A DNA stretch of 64,000 nt from Candidatus Eiseniibacteriota bacterium. GTDB taxonomy: Bacteria; Eisenbacteria; RBG-16-71-46; CAIMUX01; VGJL01. The stretch lies in assembly GCA_963792585.1 (NCBI GenBank), contig CAWBWI010000003.1, positions 1,152,001-1,216,000 on the forward strand. Reading direction: 5' to 3'. Positions 63,645-64,000 of the stretch are shown here, piece after piece (the stretch's first letter is position 1; each line of letters begins with the position of its first letter). The notes below the pieces were generated by a model. That model searched no databases, was not told where the DNA came from, and was given only the letters and a program-made list of their open reading frames with translations. The translations under genes were made by a program, and so were the position numbers.

Positions 63645-64000
63645 ATGCGTTTGGTTTTCCTGGGAGCGCCCGGATCGGGCAAGGGGACGCAGGGGGCATT
63701 GATGAGCCGGAGGCTCTCGATTCCCCAGATCGCGACAGGCGACATCCTGCGGGCTGAGATGCATGCCGGGACGCCTCTGGGAGTGAAGGCGAACGAGTTC
63801 GTCGGACGTGGCGAGTACGTCGCCGACGATGTGATGCTGGGGATCATCGGGTCGCGTCTGTCACAGCCGGACACGGCGCGAGGGTTCGTCCTCGACGGGT
63901 TTCCGCGGACGATCCCGCAGGCGCAGGGGCTCGACGAGCTCCTTGCGAGGCTCGATACCCGCCTCGACGCGGTCGTGAAGCTCGATGTTTCGAAGAAGTC
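63645..64000 (+). CDS. adk: Adenylate kinase (partial, runs off the window)
   Basis: MRLVFLGAPGSGKGTQ, ATGDILR, GFVLDGFPRT..QA; follows secY. Confidence 0.95.
   Translation, partial: MRLVFLGAPGSGKGTQGALMSRRLSIPQIATGDILRAEMHAGTPLGVKANEFVGRGEYVADDVMLGIIGSRLSQPDTARGFVLDGFPRTIPQAQGLDELLARLDTRLDAVVKLDVSKK

Overview
High-GC bacterial chromosome segment made almost entirely of core housekeeping genes. The lineage is probably FCB-related or a candidate phylum: C-terminal sorting-like tails and Cys-rich GACC repeats recall Ca. Eisenbacteria, but that is inference only. 1-33 kb: two secreted proteins (beta-helix; BNR/sortilin-like propeller), priA, a TPR lipoprotein, a divergent ilvC, rho-rpmE-prfA-prmC, an oppositely oriented murA-selB pair, a secreted phosphatase-fold protein, rqcH, two uncharacterised exported proteins, yicC-gmk-coaBC-udg-dnaB-radA-ispD-ispF, an MTH1187-family gene and a HAMP/PP2C phosphatase. 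33-64 kb: cysS, tRNA Thr-Tyr-Gly-Thr, tuf, rpmG, secE, nusG, rplKAJL, rpoBC, the str operon with a second tuf, the S10 and spc operons, secY and partial adk. Many essential genes carry small indels. The extra base often equals the synonymous alternative of the preceding codon, which points to a consensus merged from related haplotypes rather than pseudogenes. I saw no mobile element, CRISPR array or clear-cut novel multi-gene system. Best leads: a third, nested SBHM in the RpoC trigger-loop insertion; an orphan IlvC lacking two conserved active-site residues; a ~295-nt structured rpsG-fusA spacer; unusually divergent tuf paralogs with G-ending codon bias; a two-state cysS leader; and a shared C-terminal sorting tail on three secreted proteins.
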